This document shows positions 9,435-20,442 of a stretch of DNA of 64,000 nucleotides, piece by piece. The translations under genes and the position numbers were made by a program. The DNA is from Pseudomonas phage HPP-Temi, in the sequence record PP968062.1; one strand, written 5' to 3'. The notes beneath the pieces were generated by a model that saw only the letters and a list, made by a program, of their open reading frames with translations, was not told the origin of the DNA and made no database searches. The first letter of the stretch is position 1. Each line of letters begins with the position of its first letter.

Positions 9435-9905
9435 TTAGGAGTAGCGGACTTTAACGAGTTGCAGAAGCAGCTCTACAGCGTAGTTACCGTCGGCTTTGGC
9501 GATACCCGGCATTTGTGCACGGATGCCAGCCATGGCGGCAGCTTTGCGCTTCAGAATATTGCGTTCTTTGCCGTTCTCGATTTCAGCTACCTCGTAGATC
9601 AGTGTATTGACGGCGACGTTCTCAATGGAAGCATTGATACGAGCACCGGCGGTGTATTTGCGAACCAGTTTGCGCAGTTCAGCCTCCAGGTTCTGGCCAC
9701 GATATTGCTCGGCGTCCAGATAACCAGTTGCCAGTTCAGCGAAATTACGAACACCCGATTTACCAACCAGGAGATTGGTCAGGGTATCGACAGGCAGAGT
9801 GGCAGCCAATTGAGCCAGGTCGTTACCTTTTACTTCAGCGCGGGCCAGTTCCAGAACGGAGTCAACACCGAGGAGTTTCAGAGCGATTTTACGAACGATA
9901 GACAT
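9435..9905 (-). CDS. hypothetical protein (about 156 aa)
   Basis: Start moved to ATG 9905 (MSIVRKIAL), preceded by AAGGAAA. Avoids the 56-nt overlap given by the longer call. Confidence 0.5.
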   Translation of the reverse strand: MSIVRKIALKLLGVDSVLELARAEVKGNDLAQLAATLPVDTLTNLLVGKSGVRNFAELATGYLDAEQYRGQNLEAELRKLVRKYTAGARINASIENVAVNTLIYEVAEIENGKERNILKRKAAAMAGIRAQMPGIAKADGNYAVELLLQLVKVRYS

Positions 9906-9921
9906 TATTGCGTTTCCTTTG

Positions 9922-11898
9922 TTAGAAGCGATCAGAAGTTTGTGCGAAGGAAGAGACCGTACGAGCGACCTCACCATCGAGAACCCAAGACATCAGGTTC
10001 GAAGGACTACGCCAGGATTTGAAACTCTGCACTGCACGAGTCAGGTTCAAGTTCAAACGTTTACCAGCGTAATAGAAGTCAGCCCAGGATTGTGAAGTTA
10101 GAGTCGACACGTAATCTTGGAACAGACTTTGTTCATCCCACACCGCTCCATCAGTAAGAGCAAGCGCAGTAGCAATACCACCGTCACCACCTACAGCTTC
10201 ACCAGCCGTTGCTGCTACAGCACGACCAGCAGTACCCAACCAGCTCGGACTAGCAAAGCCAGCCTTAAGAGGGATGTGCATCAGCTTAGATAGATCTTTA
10301 ACGCTGAAGGTAACTTCACAGCCAAGCATCTCATGCTCGGCGTTCCAACCTACGTTACCAACACCACGACGGATTTGAATACTGTCTACGATCCCCAACT
10401 GTCTCTGCACTCGACCTTTATGGAAGATCTGACAGATGAACGGAGATGTGTAGGCACTTCGACCAGCTGACCTTGGTAATCCCATTGGGAGAATCATGGC
10501 AAGTGGTACGTATATGTTCATGAACCTGGATATTTTATTTCCATACGGGGAGATCAACTGTACCGTGTAGGAAGCAGATGGTAGAGATGCCATCGCGGAT
10601 TCCCAGTATTCAGGAGCATCTACGAATGCTGCGCCTGCAAGGGTTTCTAGACCAGACAAGTTAACTGAGTCTAACGCGCCAGAAACAAAACTTTTAACCA
10701 TTTCAGTAACTGCACCAACCCCTTCAGTAATGTTACCACCCATGAAGTCGAAGGATGCAGCGCGACCTTCACCTACTTTCGTGTTCAGTGTTTGTACAAC
10801 ACCTACGTCACGAGTAGTGTTAGTGAAGGATTCGGAAACTTCGCCATTATAGTCAACACGGAATGTAACGAACTGAGAGCCGTCACGTTGTGCACCTACA
10901 ACGAAGTCGTATACGTTTTTGAGTTCACCCCAACTGGAGAAAGACTCGGTATCAATCACACCATTCTTTTCAGAAGGCTTCTTATCAGCTTCAAGATACT
11001 TCAGGAAGTAATCACGAGAGTCAGCGCCAGGTCGTGGGTCGCTAACAGCTTTAGCCATTTCCGATTCAATGCCACTACGAAGCTCCGCTAGAGTACGAGC
11101 TTTCTCAGCCATTGCTCGCATGGACTTCTGCGCTTGGTCAGACATCCGCTGCGTACGGCCAGCCAAAGACATTACGTCTACACCGCCATCAGGACGGAAG
11201 AACCCAGGGAAGATCTCATGCATACGCCTAACGTCATCCAACCCTACACGATGACCAGGGTCTTCAAGAGGACGTTGGGTATCATCGAGGATACGGGGAA
11301 CCATACCCATGGCAATTGCAAATTCGTTAGCCAGTGTGTTTACGGCAGACCAATACGCGTGCATAGTTGGTTTGAAGTAGAACCACTTAGAAGGCTGTGA
11401 TTTAGTCAAGAAGCTAATAACTCGGGATACGCCAGTTACCCCAAGGATGAACGGTTGCAGCGGCAGAGTGATGAAATAACCAGTAACGTTACCTAGGTTA
11501 TACCAAAGGTCAGACGTAACGCCAGTGTTAGCTAAGCCAGCTGCGGAGCGATCGTAGAAGTTGGTGAAGAACGATAGCCAGCTCGAATAACGAGGGACAC
11601 CGAACGACATATGGACTTCTTGTTTGGTATCATCATGAGCTTCGGAATAATACCGACCCATACCCAAGAAACGATCTTCATAAGTGCGTCCCCGACCCGG
11701 TTGACGGATATCGGCGTAGCGAGTGTACTGTGGGAGCGGGTTAATAGCGTAGCTACCACCCAGCGACGTGTTTGTGAATTTGAAAGCAGCCGAGTTAGCA
11801 TAGCGCCGTTTGGTTTGAGAACCGTAAGAGTTCTTGTTATCGTTGATCGGTAACAAGAAGGCTTGGCGCAACCAAATAGGCTTAACATCTGTTGCCAT
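9922..11898 (-). CDS. virion structural-like protein (658 aa)
   Basis: ATG at 11898 preceded by AAGGAAA. Immediately downstream of the giant virion gene. Confidence 0.55.
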   Translation of the reverse strand: MATDVKPIWLRQAFLLPINDNKNSYGSQTKRRYANSAAFKFTNTSLGGSYAINPLPQYTRYADIRQPGRGRTYEDRFLGMGRYYSEAHDDTKQEVHMSFGVPRYSSWLSFFTNFYDRSAAGLANTGVTSDLWYNLGNVTGYFITLPLQPFILGVTGVSRVISFLTKSQPSKWFYFKPTMHAYWSAVNTLANEFAIAMGMVPRILDDTQRPLEDPGHRVGLDDVRRMHEIFPGFFRPDGGVDVMSLAGRTQRMSDQAQKSMRAMAEKARTLAELRSGIESEMAKAVSDPRPGADSRDYFLKYLEADKKPSEKNGVIDTESFSSWGELKNVYDFVVGAQRDGSQFVTFRVDYNGEVSESFTNTTRDVGVVQTLNTKVGEGRAASFDFMGGNITEGVGAVTEMVKSFVSGALDSVNLSGLETLAGAAFVDAPEYWESAMASLPSASYTVQLISPYGNKISRFMNIYVPLAMILPMGLPRSAGRSAYTSPFICQIFHKGRVQRQLGIVDSIQIRRGVGNVGWNAEHEMLGCEVTFSVKDLSKLMHIPLKAGFASPSWLGTAGRAVAATAGEAVGGDGGIATALALTDGAVWDEQSLFQDYVSTLTSQSWADFYYAGKRLNLNLTRAVQSFKSWRSPSNLMSWVLDGEVARTVSSFAQTSDRF

Positions 11899-11920
11899 TT
11901 TGATTTCCTTTTTAAACGGA

Positions 11921-11951
11921 AAATAAAGCCTCCCCGAAGGGAGGCTCCATG
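11921..11951. terminator. hairpin terminator after the giant gene
   Basis: Stem gcctccc/gggaggc with loop cgaa, then ctttattttcc on the minus strand. Confidence 0.6.
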
Positions 11952-11952
11952 A

Positions 11953-14900
11953 TTAAGTTAACGAGAGTGGCGACGGACGATTACTCGCGGGCGCCGATCT
12001 CATCAACGTGGAGGTCATACTATTATTTCCCCCACTACCGGTTTTTGCAGTCTCTTGCGTACCACTGGACTTTTGTTCGTTCAATTGTACCAGACGCTTG
12101 AGATGATCACGCATCTCAAGCAACGTCTTCAGTTGTTCAGCTTGGATGTCATCTACCTGCTGAGCCTTCTCGTTATTACGACGTATTTCGGCTTGACGTG
12201 TAGAGTTCTGTTGCTGGGCAACTTGCATAGCTGCTTCTTGTTGAGCTTGGACTACTGTGTTACCCGAATCGGCAGATGGGTTAGCGCCACTTGTAGTAGC
12301 ACCACCAACTGGCGACATCGGTGTAATACCTGGCAATACCGGAGTCTGCGCAGCAGCGCCGGTAGCGCTGTACGCTTCCTCACGAGCAACAGCATCTTTA
12401 CCAGCCTGACCGTTGTCTTCACTATTCCAGAGTTCAGCAGCAGATGCCTTAGCGTTAGCTTTGGCTTGTTCCTCTGTTGCCTCCTCAGTAGTCATGTTCT
12501 TACCAGCTTCTTGCGTGGCTACAGAGCTACCTTCTGCACCACCACGATGCTTCGCAATCTTCTCTTCGAACATCTGGTAGATTTCCCCGAGGGTACGAGG
12601 TTGGCCACCTTTCTTGTAGAAGATAGGACGGTTAGCGGATGCAGCTTCAGGGAATACCGATGCACCAATAGTGTCTTGATTACGAGTCAAGAACTTACGA
12701 GCGCCGCCAGGACCCATGAAGTGAGCAATGTACAGGTCTACGTCTGTCGGATCACGACCCAGTGCATCTTTCAGGAAGGTGTAGTTATCCTTAATGAAGC
12801 ACGCACCCATCAGGGCGTTGATACGTGGATCAAGACGTAGGCTACGAGCACCGTCGTCTGGCGGAATACCGAACTTGGAGCCATGTTTCTTCAACATTGC
12901 GTCCCAGGTATCATTGATAAACTGGAACCAGCCGGTAGCAGACGATGTCTTAGCTTTGACGGTGTAGTCGAAGTTAGACTCAAGAGATGCGAAGATGAAC
13001 AGGAGTTCTACAGGGATACCAACCATAGCTGCAACAGCTTGGAAGGTTTCGGCAGCAGCCTGACGAGACTTATTAGCTTTCGGATACGGAATCTGTTCCC
13101 ATGCACCACCGTTACCCTTCGTCAGGGTTCCGTAGGTTTTACCTGTAGCAGATACTTCACCGGCCAGACCAAGTTTGTACTTAGCACTTGCAGCAGAATC
13201 AGACACGTAGTCTATCGCTTCAGATGCTTTCGCCTTGGTGCTACCCCATGCATTACTTACGGTCTCTTTAGCAGAATCCCAAGTATTCGAAATGGATGCC
13301 ATTGCCCTCTCGGCAAAGCTACCACCTGCTGCGGCACTTTGAGTACCAGCTGCTTGGTCACCCGCAGATTGAGTTGGCGTAGACATGATGTCTTTGCTTG
13401 CATCTTTCTTGAGTTGTTCCAAGTCGGCTTCAGCCATTTTCTTGAGATCGTCTTTACTTCCTTTAACGGGGAAGAGGGAATCAACCTGCCATACACTGGC
13501 ACCATCTGTGTTAGTGGTACCCAGTACAGCATTACCTACAACAACTGCATCACTAGGCTTGAGTTTAGATTCCATGTTCGCAATGGTAGTACCTTGAGTA
13601 GTCCCGCGCATAGCACCGTAATAGGCACGTGCAACAGGCATGAAGCGACCAACGAACCAGTTGTAGTACGTTGCACGATCTTCATCATTACCCACGATAT
13701 CTTTACCAAACAGCGGAGCCGTTTCTTGCAGGATCGATTCTAGGTCACCACGGAACTCAGGAACACCTCCCTGCATGGATAGACCATTGAACACCATCGA
13801 TTCAGCATTCAACAGCGGATACACGTTGAAGAAGCTAAGTACTTCTAAACCGTAAGCACGCATCCGAATGGATTGTAATGCAGTCAGCTTAGTAGTAGCA
13901 GCTGCGGTAGCAACAATAGGAGCACCAGTAGAACCACCTAACCCAGGGAATGCTTTCTTAGCAGCAGCCAGAGGCATACTAGCTTTGGAAGGATCCATTG
14001 GACTAGGAGCGGTCTTACCAGTTGCAGTGTCAGCAGCTTTCTTAGCAGCGTCTTTAGCTTTATCAGCTACAGTCGTACCAGCGGCACCGCTTACATCCTT
14101 ACCTTCTTTCTTCTCGCCCGCTTTATAACGAACAAACAATGCTTTCCAAAGTTGATCAGCTGCCGGAATGGTATCTTCCAATTCACCTTCTTCAGAGAAC
14201 GGATCAACACGGTACTGCATCGGCGTATCACCCGACGTAGATACCTTAACAGCTTTAACCAAAGCACCTTTCAGTTCCTGAGGGAACTTATCATCGATCT
14301 CAACGAGTTTAATTTCATTCTTCTTGAGCTTAGCTAGAGCCTTAACCCAGGTCAAGAAGATCGGACGGAAACGAAGTTCCATCCAACGAGACATCCGCAT
14401 TACTTGGACGTCATTCTTAACATCGATGCCGAGGATATCTAGGATCGCTTTACCACCGACACCATTGATATTGAAATCAGGTTGTTCAGTGCGTTCGGTT
14501 ACCCGATCGAAAGCATCTTCCAGAGCTTGTACTTTTTGCTGTTGGTCGTGATCAGTGATACCGTATTGCAACATGCGAAGACGTCGGAACTCTGCCTTGT
14601 TATCGTTCATTTGACCGAAGATCGGTTTCAGAATGTAACGAGATGTCAGTTGGCCCAATGGGTTAAGACTCAGAGTAGTCAGGAGACCCGTCTGTTTAGC
14701 GTCCATCCCATCTTTGCTATAACCGTAAGCCATAGCGCCTGTACCAACCGCAGCAGCTGTACCACCAAGTAGCCAAGGAGCAGCACGTTTGGCCAGACCC
14801 ATAAGTCGACCTTTAGCACCACCCTTCATACCGCCGCCCATCAGTACGTCAAACGCACCCGAGCCTTCTTCGCCTTCAGTACCAGTAATCTTACTGAAGA

Positions 14901-17900
14901 TGCCTTTCAGTCCATCTGACAAACCTTTCAGAACTTTGTTTTGAGCTTTCTCAGATCCATCTTCTTTACCCTTCAGCTTATCCATCAAGCCACCAACGCC
15001 TTCTTTGGCTTTAGCAGCTTTATCCTGCCAGCTACCAACACGGAGCTTCTCAGGAACTTGGGTTTGCAGAGTTTCAAGGATACGTCCGAGCAACATCTGA
15101 TCAGTAGTTTCAAAGTCTTCGTAAGGAACCCGTTCGAATAGACGACCGAGAACCGAACCACCGGCATTTGCAAAACCACCGAGTACTTTCTTAGCAGCGC
15201 CGCCGTAGAACTTACCAGTCTTCTTCATTGCCCAACCCATGTACTTCATGGAAGCATCGATGTACTTGGAGCGAGCAGCTCGGAAGCCACGCCAGATCGT
15301 CCGACGGAAAATCCCTTTGTTCTTAGCGAGGATGTGTTTAGTACCATCGTAGTTACGGAGTTCTTTGTACTGAGACGGATCTAGTACAGGTTCACCCTGT
15401 TCGTTGTAGATGGGACCGTAAACGTCACCGAAGTTTTCGATAACCCTACCTTTCTCATCGAAGTACTTACCAGCGTTAACTAGTCGACGTTCGAGTACAG
15501 GTACGTTATCTCCGGGAAGGTAGGCATTTTGTGTTTCGATAGCGAAGTTGAACAGAGCCGAACCCATACCGATGGCAGTCTTAGCACCAAACTTCAGTGC
15601 AGACCAAGCCAGAGTGGAAGTGTTCGTAGCCATGAACTTAGCGCCCCAGCCCATCGCGTTAGCCAGACGACGACCAGTCTTAGTCAAACGCCAGCGTTTA
15701 CGAGTAGCACGGGACCAGAGTCCACTAGCCAGTTCTTTAGCCGTAGCTAGAATAGAACCGTTCTTATCCAACAGATCACCCTTGATGTCTTGCATCGAAG
15801 TAATCTGTTCACCGTCGGAGTTATAGTACTCACCATTCTTCAGGCCTTTAGCCGTAATAATGGGTTCTTGTTCTCCATCTAAGTGCCAGTCAAACTTATC
15901 GTCTTCAGTAGCTTGTTGTTGCTGAGGTGTAGTACCCTCAGAGAACTGCTGAGCAGGACTGTTCTGTTGGCCCATCAGAGCACTACGGATTTTAGCCGCG
16001 GCATCCATCATAAAGGCAGGAAGCTCTAGACGCATTCCTTTACTATCGAACAGACCTTGAGCAGCTTCAGAAGCAGTCAGAACTGTTACGCCGGTTGCTG
16101 TCACTACTTTACCGGTAATGTCTTGGACAGATTCAATAACCTTCTTGGTATTAACGTCTACCAGGTTACCCTGAATAAAATCGATACCTTTAATGATCGG
16201 TTCAGTTGGATTGAACTTCGTGAACACGTCCATGATCTTGGCTTTCTGTCCAAGCGCGAACTGGGTAGGATCCTGTTGGAACTGATCCATATGTTCCCCA
16301 AACTTAGCCTTAGACTTAGAATAGAGATCCTGGCCCATGATACTCGCATCATTCCAAGCACCTTGCATACCAGCTACATACGGACCGAATTGACCATTCT
16401 GCATGTTGCTTGCAAAGTTCTGGAAGCCTTCACCGTATTTACCCTGCATGTATTGGAACTTGCCTTGGGCGATACGACTATAGCGAGAGAGTTCTTCTTT
16501 GACACGAGCTTCTTGAGGAGCATGCTTATTACGGAAGCGGCGCATTGCATTCAGAGCGTTAGCTTTGGCTGCGCCAGGATAAGCCGGACCATAGAAGTTC
16601 TTGTCGTTCACGTCACCTGATGCTTCCGGCTGGTATCCACCTTCCGCCCATGGGTTAGTATCAGTTACGCCAGAGCGCATGATTTCCCAAATGCGGTTAT
16701 AGTTGATACGGTCCTGTCCCTGTTCAGTGACAATGATACCAAGCATCCGAAGAGGCTCAGTTTGACCAGCGTTGATCAGGCGATGTACTTCTTTAACAGG
16801 ATCACGGCTTACCGAACGAATGTCCAGGAAGGCACGAGAGTATTCATCCCGTAGACGATGGTTGTCAGCATTGTCTGCCATCTTACCTTTATCGTCGAAC
16901 TGGAACTTACCTTTAAAGAAACGTTGTAGTTCATCAGTGATGTTAATGTCAAGACCGTCCATATAACCACCAGAGCGGATGTAAGCTTCTGGATCGAAAC
17001 GACGGTTAGTGGACGCATCCCTCAACATACGTTCAGCAAGGGCCTTACGAGCATCAGGGGAGAGTTTTCCTTCCTCATCCATCTGATCGATAGCATCGTT
17101 AATAGCGCCGCTAGCACTGCGGATAGAGGCAGCAGGAATGATCTTCTTCTGGAGACGATCATCTGCTTGCGATTGTACTTCGAAACGACCTGTAGTGATG
17201 TCAAAGACTTCACGCTCAATATCGTCACGACCAGTACGGATCATACGCAGTTCTTGTAACTGACGAGACAGGTAACCAGGGATGACTTCAACGATACTAC
17301 GTTGGGTCAATTGGTTAAAGGCCGCACCTTGATCAATTGTTTGATAGTTTCCGTTTTCCAGACGATCATTCAGATGGAACTGAGGAACGAATGGCATAAT
17401 AGCATCGCGCAATACACCGCGGATACCGTAAGTGTTCTGGTAGTTGTTAACGTATTCTTGCAGGAATGCCGGAACGTTGTCCAGTGCATAACCTACCTGA
17501 TGATGACGTCCACCGAAACGGTTGGAAAGCTTTTCCATGGTAGGACGTACTTGACGACCAGCCCACGGTACAACGGACGACTTGAGGAAATCTGCACCCA
17601 GCTCGCCAGCGAACTGACCAGCAATGCTGTAACGATTATCCCAAGCAGAACCACCTGCCATATCACCCATTCGAAGACCGGCCACGATCTCAGAGAGACG
17701 ACTACCGATGTTCTTCGATACACGATCGTTAACTTGGTTACCATAACCACCTAGGAAACCATGAAGGCCTTGAGCAGCACCTAGACCCAACCGGCCTAGC
17801 ATATTGCCACCACGACCTTTCGCACCGAAGTTAGTCAGTTCACCAATATTACCTTTCTTATAGTCAGGTAGACCAGTGTTACGGACCAATGCTTCAAATG

Positions 17901-18720
17901 CCTTATTCTGCAATTCAAGGTTAGCTTCTTGAACTTTAACCAGATCACGGATACCCATGTAGGTACGGAACTGGAGCTCAAGACCTTTACGTTGAATTCC
18001 ATAGTTGACTTGTTCGTTATATCCTACAAGACGAGTTAGACTGTCTACAGCCATGCCCATCGAGCGGGACATAAAGTCGAAGCGCCCAGCGCTAACTTTA
18101 TCACGAATACCACGTTCTGCACGTTCAACCGCAGCTCGCGATATTGCACCCTGTTCACTACGCTGGAAGTTTTCTTTACTTACCAGTGTGTTTTGATCCA
18201 GAGCGGCTTTAATTACGTTTGCATCATCCTGTTCTTGACGACTGCGACGAATAGCGATTTGATCCCGTTGGGAATCAACCTCGTATTGGTACTGCTCAAC
18301 TTTCCGATTAAGACTATCGGAAATATTATCGTACAAGGCGTTTGGAATGCGATCTTTTAACTGAGGTAGATAATCCTGTGCTTTACGACCAAGATAGTCA
18401 AGGTCGGATGCATTAACTCGTTCAACCGTATCTTTGATATCGGTTACAGAAGCCATTACATCGTCATAGGCGCCAAACAAACGTGCAAAGCCATCCGGCG
18501 CAGCACTGCGCAAGAAGTTTCTTACGATGTCTTTGGTTTTCAATCCACCGAGGAAGCCCTCTTTCAGACCCGATTTGAATTCGGTAATTGGATCGCCAGG
18601 TTTGGCTCCAGGACCGAGATCATCAAACAGGTCATCCAGCTCATTCAGGTCAAGTACGCCAATTCGCCCCTGGGCATTTGTCCCAGCAGGTTTAGGCAAC
18701 CTGGTCTTTCTTGTAGCCAT
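11953..18720 (-). CDS. giant virion protein (about 2255 aa) with a C-terminal SLT/lytic-transglycosylase domain; comparable to phiKZ gp181
   Basis: Start set to ATG 18720 (MATRKTRL) with GGAG 8 nt upstream. The SLT-like segment reads GWFQFINDTWDAML...LYIAHFMGPGGARKF...RTLGEIYQMFE. There are long Ala/Lys- and Gln-rich low-complexity stretches. Confidence 0.85.
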   Translation of the reverse strand: MATRKTRLPKPAGTNAQGRIGVLDLNELDDLFDDLGPGAKPGDPITEFKSGLKEGFLGGLKTKDIVRNFLRSAAPDGFARLFGAYDDVMASVTDIKDTVERVNASDLDYLGRKAQDYLPQLKDRIPNALYDNISDSLNRKVEQYQYEVDSQRDQIAIRRSRQEQDDANVIKAALDQNTLVSKENFQRSEQGAISRAAVERAERGIRDKVSAGRFDFMSRSMGMAVDSLTRLVGYNEQVNYGIQRKGLELQFRTYMGIRDLVKVQEANLELQNKAFEALVRNTGLPDYKKGNIGELTNFGAKGRGGNMLGRLGLGAAQGLHGFLGGYGNQVNDRVSKNIGSRLSEIVAGLRMGDMAGGSAWDNRYSIAGQFAGELGADFLKSSVVPWAGRQVRPTMEKLSNRFGGRHHQVGYALDNVPAFLQEYVNNYQNTYGIRGVLRDAIMPFVPQFHLNDRLENGNYQTIDQGAAFNQLTQRSIVEVIPGYLSRQLQELRMIRTGRDDIEREVFDITTGRFEVQSQADDRLQKKIIPAASIRSASGAINDAIDQMDEEGKLSPDARKALAERMLRDASTNRRFDPEAYIRSGGYMDGLDINITDELQRFFKGKFQFDDKGKMADNADNHRLRDEYSRAFLDIRSVSRDPVKEVHRLINAGQTEPLRMLGIIVTEQGQDRINYNRIWEIMRSGVTDTNPWAEGGYQPEASGDVNDKNFYGPAYPGAAKANALNAMRRFRNKHAPQEARVKEELSRYSRIAQGKFQYMQGKYGEGFQNFASNMQNGQFGPYVAGMQGAWNDASIMGQDLYSKSKAKFGEHMDQFQQDPTQFALGQKAKIMDVFTKFNPTEPIIKGIDFIQGNLVDVNTKKVIESVQDITGKVVTATGVTVLTASEAAQGLFDSKGMRLELPAFMMDAAAKIRSALMGQQNSPAQQFSEGTTPQQQQATEDDKFDWHLDGEQEPIITAKGLKNGEYYNSDGEQITSMQDIKGDLLDKNGSILATAKELASGLWSRATRKRWRLTKTGRRLANAMGWGAKFMATNTSTLAWSALKFGAKTAIGMGSALFNFAIETQNAYLPGDNVPVLERRLVNAGKYFDEKGRVIENFGDVYGPIYNEQGEPVLDPSQYKELRNYDGTKHILAKNKGIFRRTIWRGFRAARSKYIDASMKYMGWAMKKTGKFYGGAAKKVLGGFANAGGSVLGRLFERVPYEDFETTDQMLLGRILETLQTQVPEKLRVGSWQDKAAKAKEGVGGLMDKLKGKEDGSEKAQNKVLKGLSDGLKGIFSKITGTEGEEGSGAFDVLMGGGMKGGAKGRLMGLAKRAAPWLLGGTAAAVGTGAMAYGYSKDGMDAKQTGLLTTLSLNPLGQLTSRYILKPIFGQMNDNKAEFRRLRMLQYGITDHDQQQKVQALEDAFDRVTERTEQPDFNINGVGGKAILDILGIDVKNDVQVMRMSRWMELRFRPIFLTWVKALAKLKKNEIKLVEIDDKFPQELKGALVKAVKVSTSGDTPMQYRVDPFSEEGELEDTIPAADQLWKALFVRYKAGEKKEGKDVSGAAGTTVADKAKDAAKKAADTATGKTAPSPMDPSKASMPLAAAKKAFPGLGGSTGAPIVATAAATTKLTALQSIRMRAYGLEVLSFFNVYPLLNAESMVFNGLSMQGGVPEFRGDLESILQETAPLFGKDIVGNDEDRATYYNWFVGRFMPVARAYYGAMRGTTQGTTIANMESKLKPSDAVVVGNAVLGTTNTDGASVWQVDSLFPVKGSKDDLKKMAEADLEQLKKDASKDIMSTPTQSAGDQAAGTQSAAAGGSFAERAMASISNTWDSAKETVSNAWGSTKAKASEAIDYVSDSAASAKYKLGLAGEVSATGKTYGTLTKGNGGAWEQIPYPKANKSRQAAAETFQAVAAMVGIPVELLFIFASLESNFDYTVKAKTSSATGWFQFINDTWDAMLKKHGSKFGIPPDDGARSLRLDPRINALMGACFIKDNYTFLKDALGRDPTDVDLYIAHFMGPGGARKFLTRNQDTIGASVFPEAASANRPIFYKKGGQPRTLGEIYQMFEEKIAKHRGGAEGSSVATQEAGKNMTTEEATEEQAKANAKASAAELWNSEDNGQAGKDAVAREEAYSATGAAAQTPVLPGITPMSPVGGATTSGANPSADSGNTVVQAQQEAAMQVAQQQNSTRQAEIRRNNEKAQQVDDIQAEQLKTLLEMRDHLKRLVQLNEQKSSGTQETAKTGSGGNNSMTSTLMRSAPASNRPSPLSLT

Positions 18721-18787
18721 GGTCAACTCCATCGATATAAACAATCATATCGTTTAGCTTTTTGTAACCCCTAAGAGGAAATTTGAA

Positions 18788-20440
18788 ATGAAGAAGGCTC
18801 TAGTCCCTTTCAACATTGACCTACTGATCCCCACAAAGGCTCAGCTTACAATGTTGGGGCAAGTAACTAGCCATGAGATCTTCGAAGGTACCGGTGGTAA
18901 CTTTCACGAGAAAGGTCTGTTCTCCGTAGAAATCTTCGGACGAATTGGATCCTCTGAACGTGAAGGTCGCTTCGGTTATATCAACATGGGTCTTGAAATT
19001 ATTCACCCGGTCATCTATCGTAACCTCATTAAGTTGAAGGCATTCTACGAAGATATCATCCTGGGTAAAGCTTTTGCTGTATTTGATCCGTCGATTAAAG
19101 ATTTCGTTCGTTCTAACGAGCTCGAAGGTAGAACTGGCTATGCCTTCTTCTTTGATAATTGGAAGAAGATCGACTTCGGTGAAACTAAGTCCTCTATTCG
19201 TCGTGTACGGGTTGAGCTGATGAAGAAGTACATGAGTAACTGTACCTTCAAGAACCTGCTCGTTATTCCCGCTGCATATCGTGAGGCCGAGATCGATGTT
19301 GATGGTCGTGTATCCATGGACGAGGTTAACGAACACTATCGTTACATGTTGAACCAGTCTTACGGTGTACCTGAATACTTCGGTCCCAATGATGACCTGA
19401 GCATTTATGACCGTAAACGGACTTCAATGCAGTTGACTGCTCTGGCGATCTATAACCACTACGAAAACCTGTTGTCTGGTAAAGGTGGATATATTCAACA
19501 GAAGTGGGCATCTCGACGTGTATTCAACGGTACTCGTAACGTTATCAGTTCGTTGGATACTAACGCAGCTGATCTCGACCAACCCAACCGTCCCAAGTTT
19601 AAAGATGCTGTAGTCGGTATTTATCAAGCAGCCGTATCGGTTAAGCCTAAAACTATTTATCATCTCCGGAATGGTGTTGTAGGTCAGGTATTCGACAGTC
19701 TGTCTAACCGTGTAGAACTGATAAACAAAAAGACCCTGAAACTTGAATGGGTTAACATCAGTAACGAAGAGATGGACCTTTGGGGTACACCAGAAGGTCT
19801 GGAACGTGTTATCGGTGAACTGAAGGTAATTGAGAAGCGGTCTCGTGCTATTGAGATCGGTGGTTATTACCTGGCTCTCGTGTACCTCGATGACAAACAG
19901 AACTTCAAGGTCTTCCGTGACATCACTGAAATGCCTAAGAATTTGGATCACAAATTCGTTCGTCCTATCTCTTATGCAGAGTTGATTTACCTGAGCGGAT
20001 TACCTATGTGGAAAAGAAACTCCGCATTCGTAACTCGTTATCCCGTTGAGAACTATAACAGTTCTATCCCTGTCAAGATGTACGTTAAGACCACCGTTAA
20101 AGGTGAGATGCGTTATCCACTGGGTTGGGATTGGGAACGTGATACCAATGCCGAAATCGCTCTTGAGTATCCGATCATCACTATCAACGAGCCTGCACAA
20201 TGGCACGACTCGACATCTATCTCTCCGTCCATTCTTGCTCCTCTTGACGCAGACTTCGACGGTGACACTGTGTCGTTCAACGCCGTGTATTCCAAAGAGG
20301 CAATTGAAGAATCTGATAAGTTCTTCAAATCTCGTCTAGCCTATATAAAGGCTGGTGGTGGTCTCGCATTCAGTGTCAACATCCACACGCTTAACCTAAC
20401 TCTCCGGTACATGACTGGGGAACCGAAAAGTAGGGATTAA
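18788..20440 (+). CDS. RNA polymerase beta-prime-like subunit, N-terminal part (550 aa), probably a virion RNAP subunit
   Basis: Catalytic motif LDADFDGD, compared with beta-prime NADFDGD. Upstream motif RRVFNGTRNVI, compared with beta-prime KRVDYSGRSVI. SD AAGAGGAAA upstream. Confidence 0.8.
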   Translation: MKKALVPFNIDLLIPTKAQLTMLGQVTSHEIFEGTGGNFHEKGLFSVEIFGRIGSSEREGRFGYINMGLEIIHPVIYRNLIKLKAFYEDIILGKAFAVFDPSIKDFVRSNELEGRTGYAFFFDNWKKIDFGETKSSIRRVRVELMKKYMSNCTFKNLLVIPAAYREAEIDVDGRVSMDEVNEHYRYMLNQSYGVPEYFGPNDDLSIYDRKRTSMQLTALAIYNHYENLLSGKGGYIQQKWASRRVFNGTRNVISSLDTNAADLDQPNRPKFKDAVVGIYQAAVSVKPKTIYHLRNGVVGQVFDSLSNRVELINKKTLKLEWVNISNEEMDLWGTPEGLERVIGELKVIEKRSRAIEIGGYYLALVYLDDKQNFKVFRDITEMPKNLDHKFVRPISYAELIYLSGLPMWKRNSAFVTRYPVENYNSSIPVKMYVKTTVKGEMRYPLGWDWERDTNAEIALEYPIITINEPAQWHDSTSISPSILAPLDADFDGDTVSFNAVYSKEAIEESDKFFKSRLAYIKAGGGLAFSVNIHTLNLTLRYMTGEPKSRD

Positions 20441-20442
20441 CC

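Noticed and set aside
12055-13743. Long plus-strand ORFs (261 and 286 aa) inside the giant minus-strand gene.
   Set aside because: Both are antisense to a 6.8-kb gene with coherent protein features. They are Cys/Phe/Ser-rich with no SD, so they are typical shadow ORFs.
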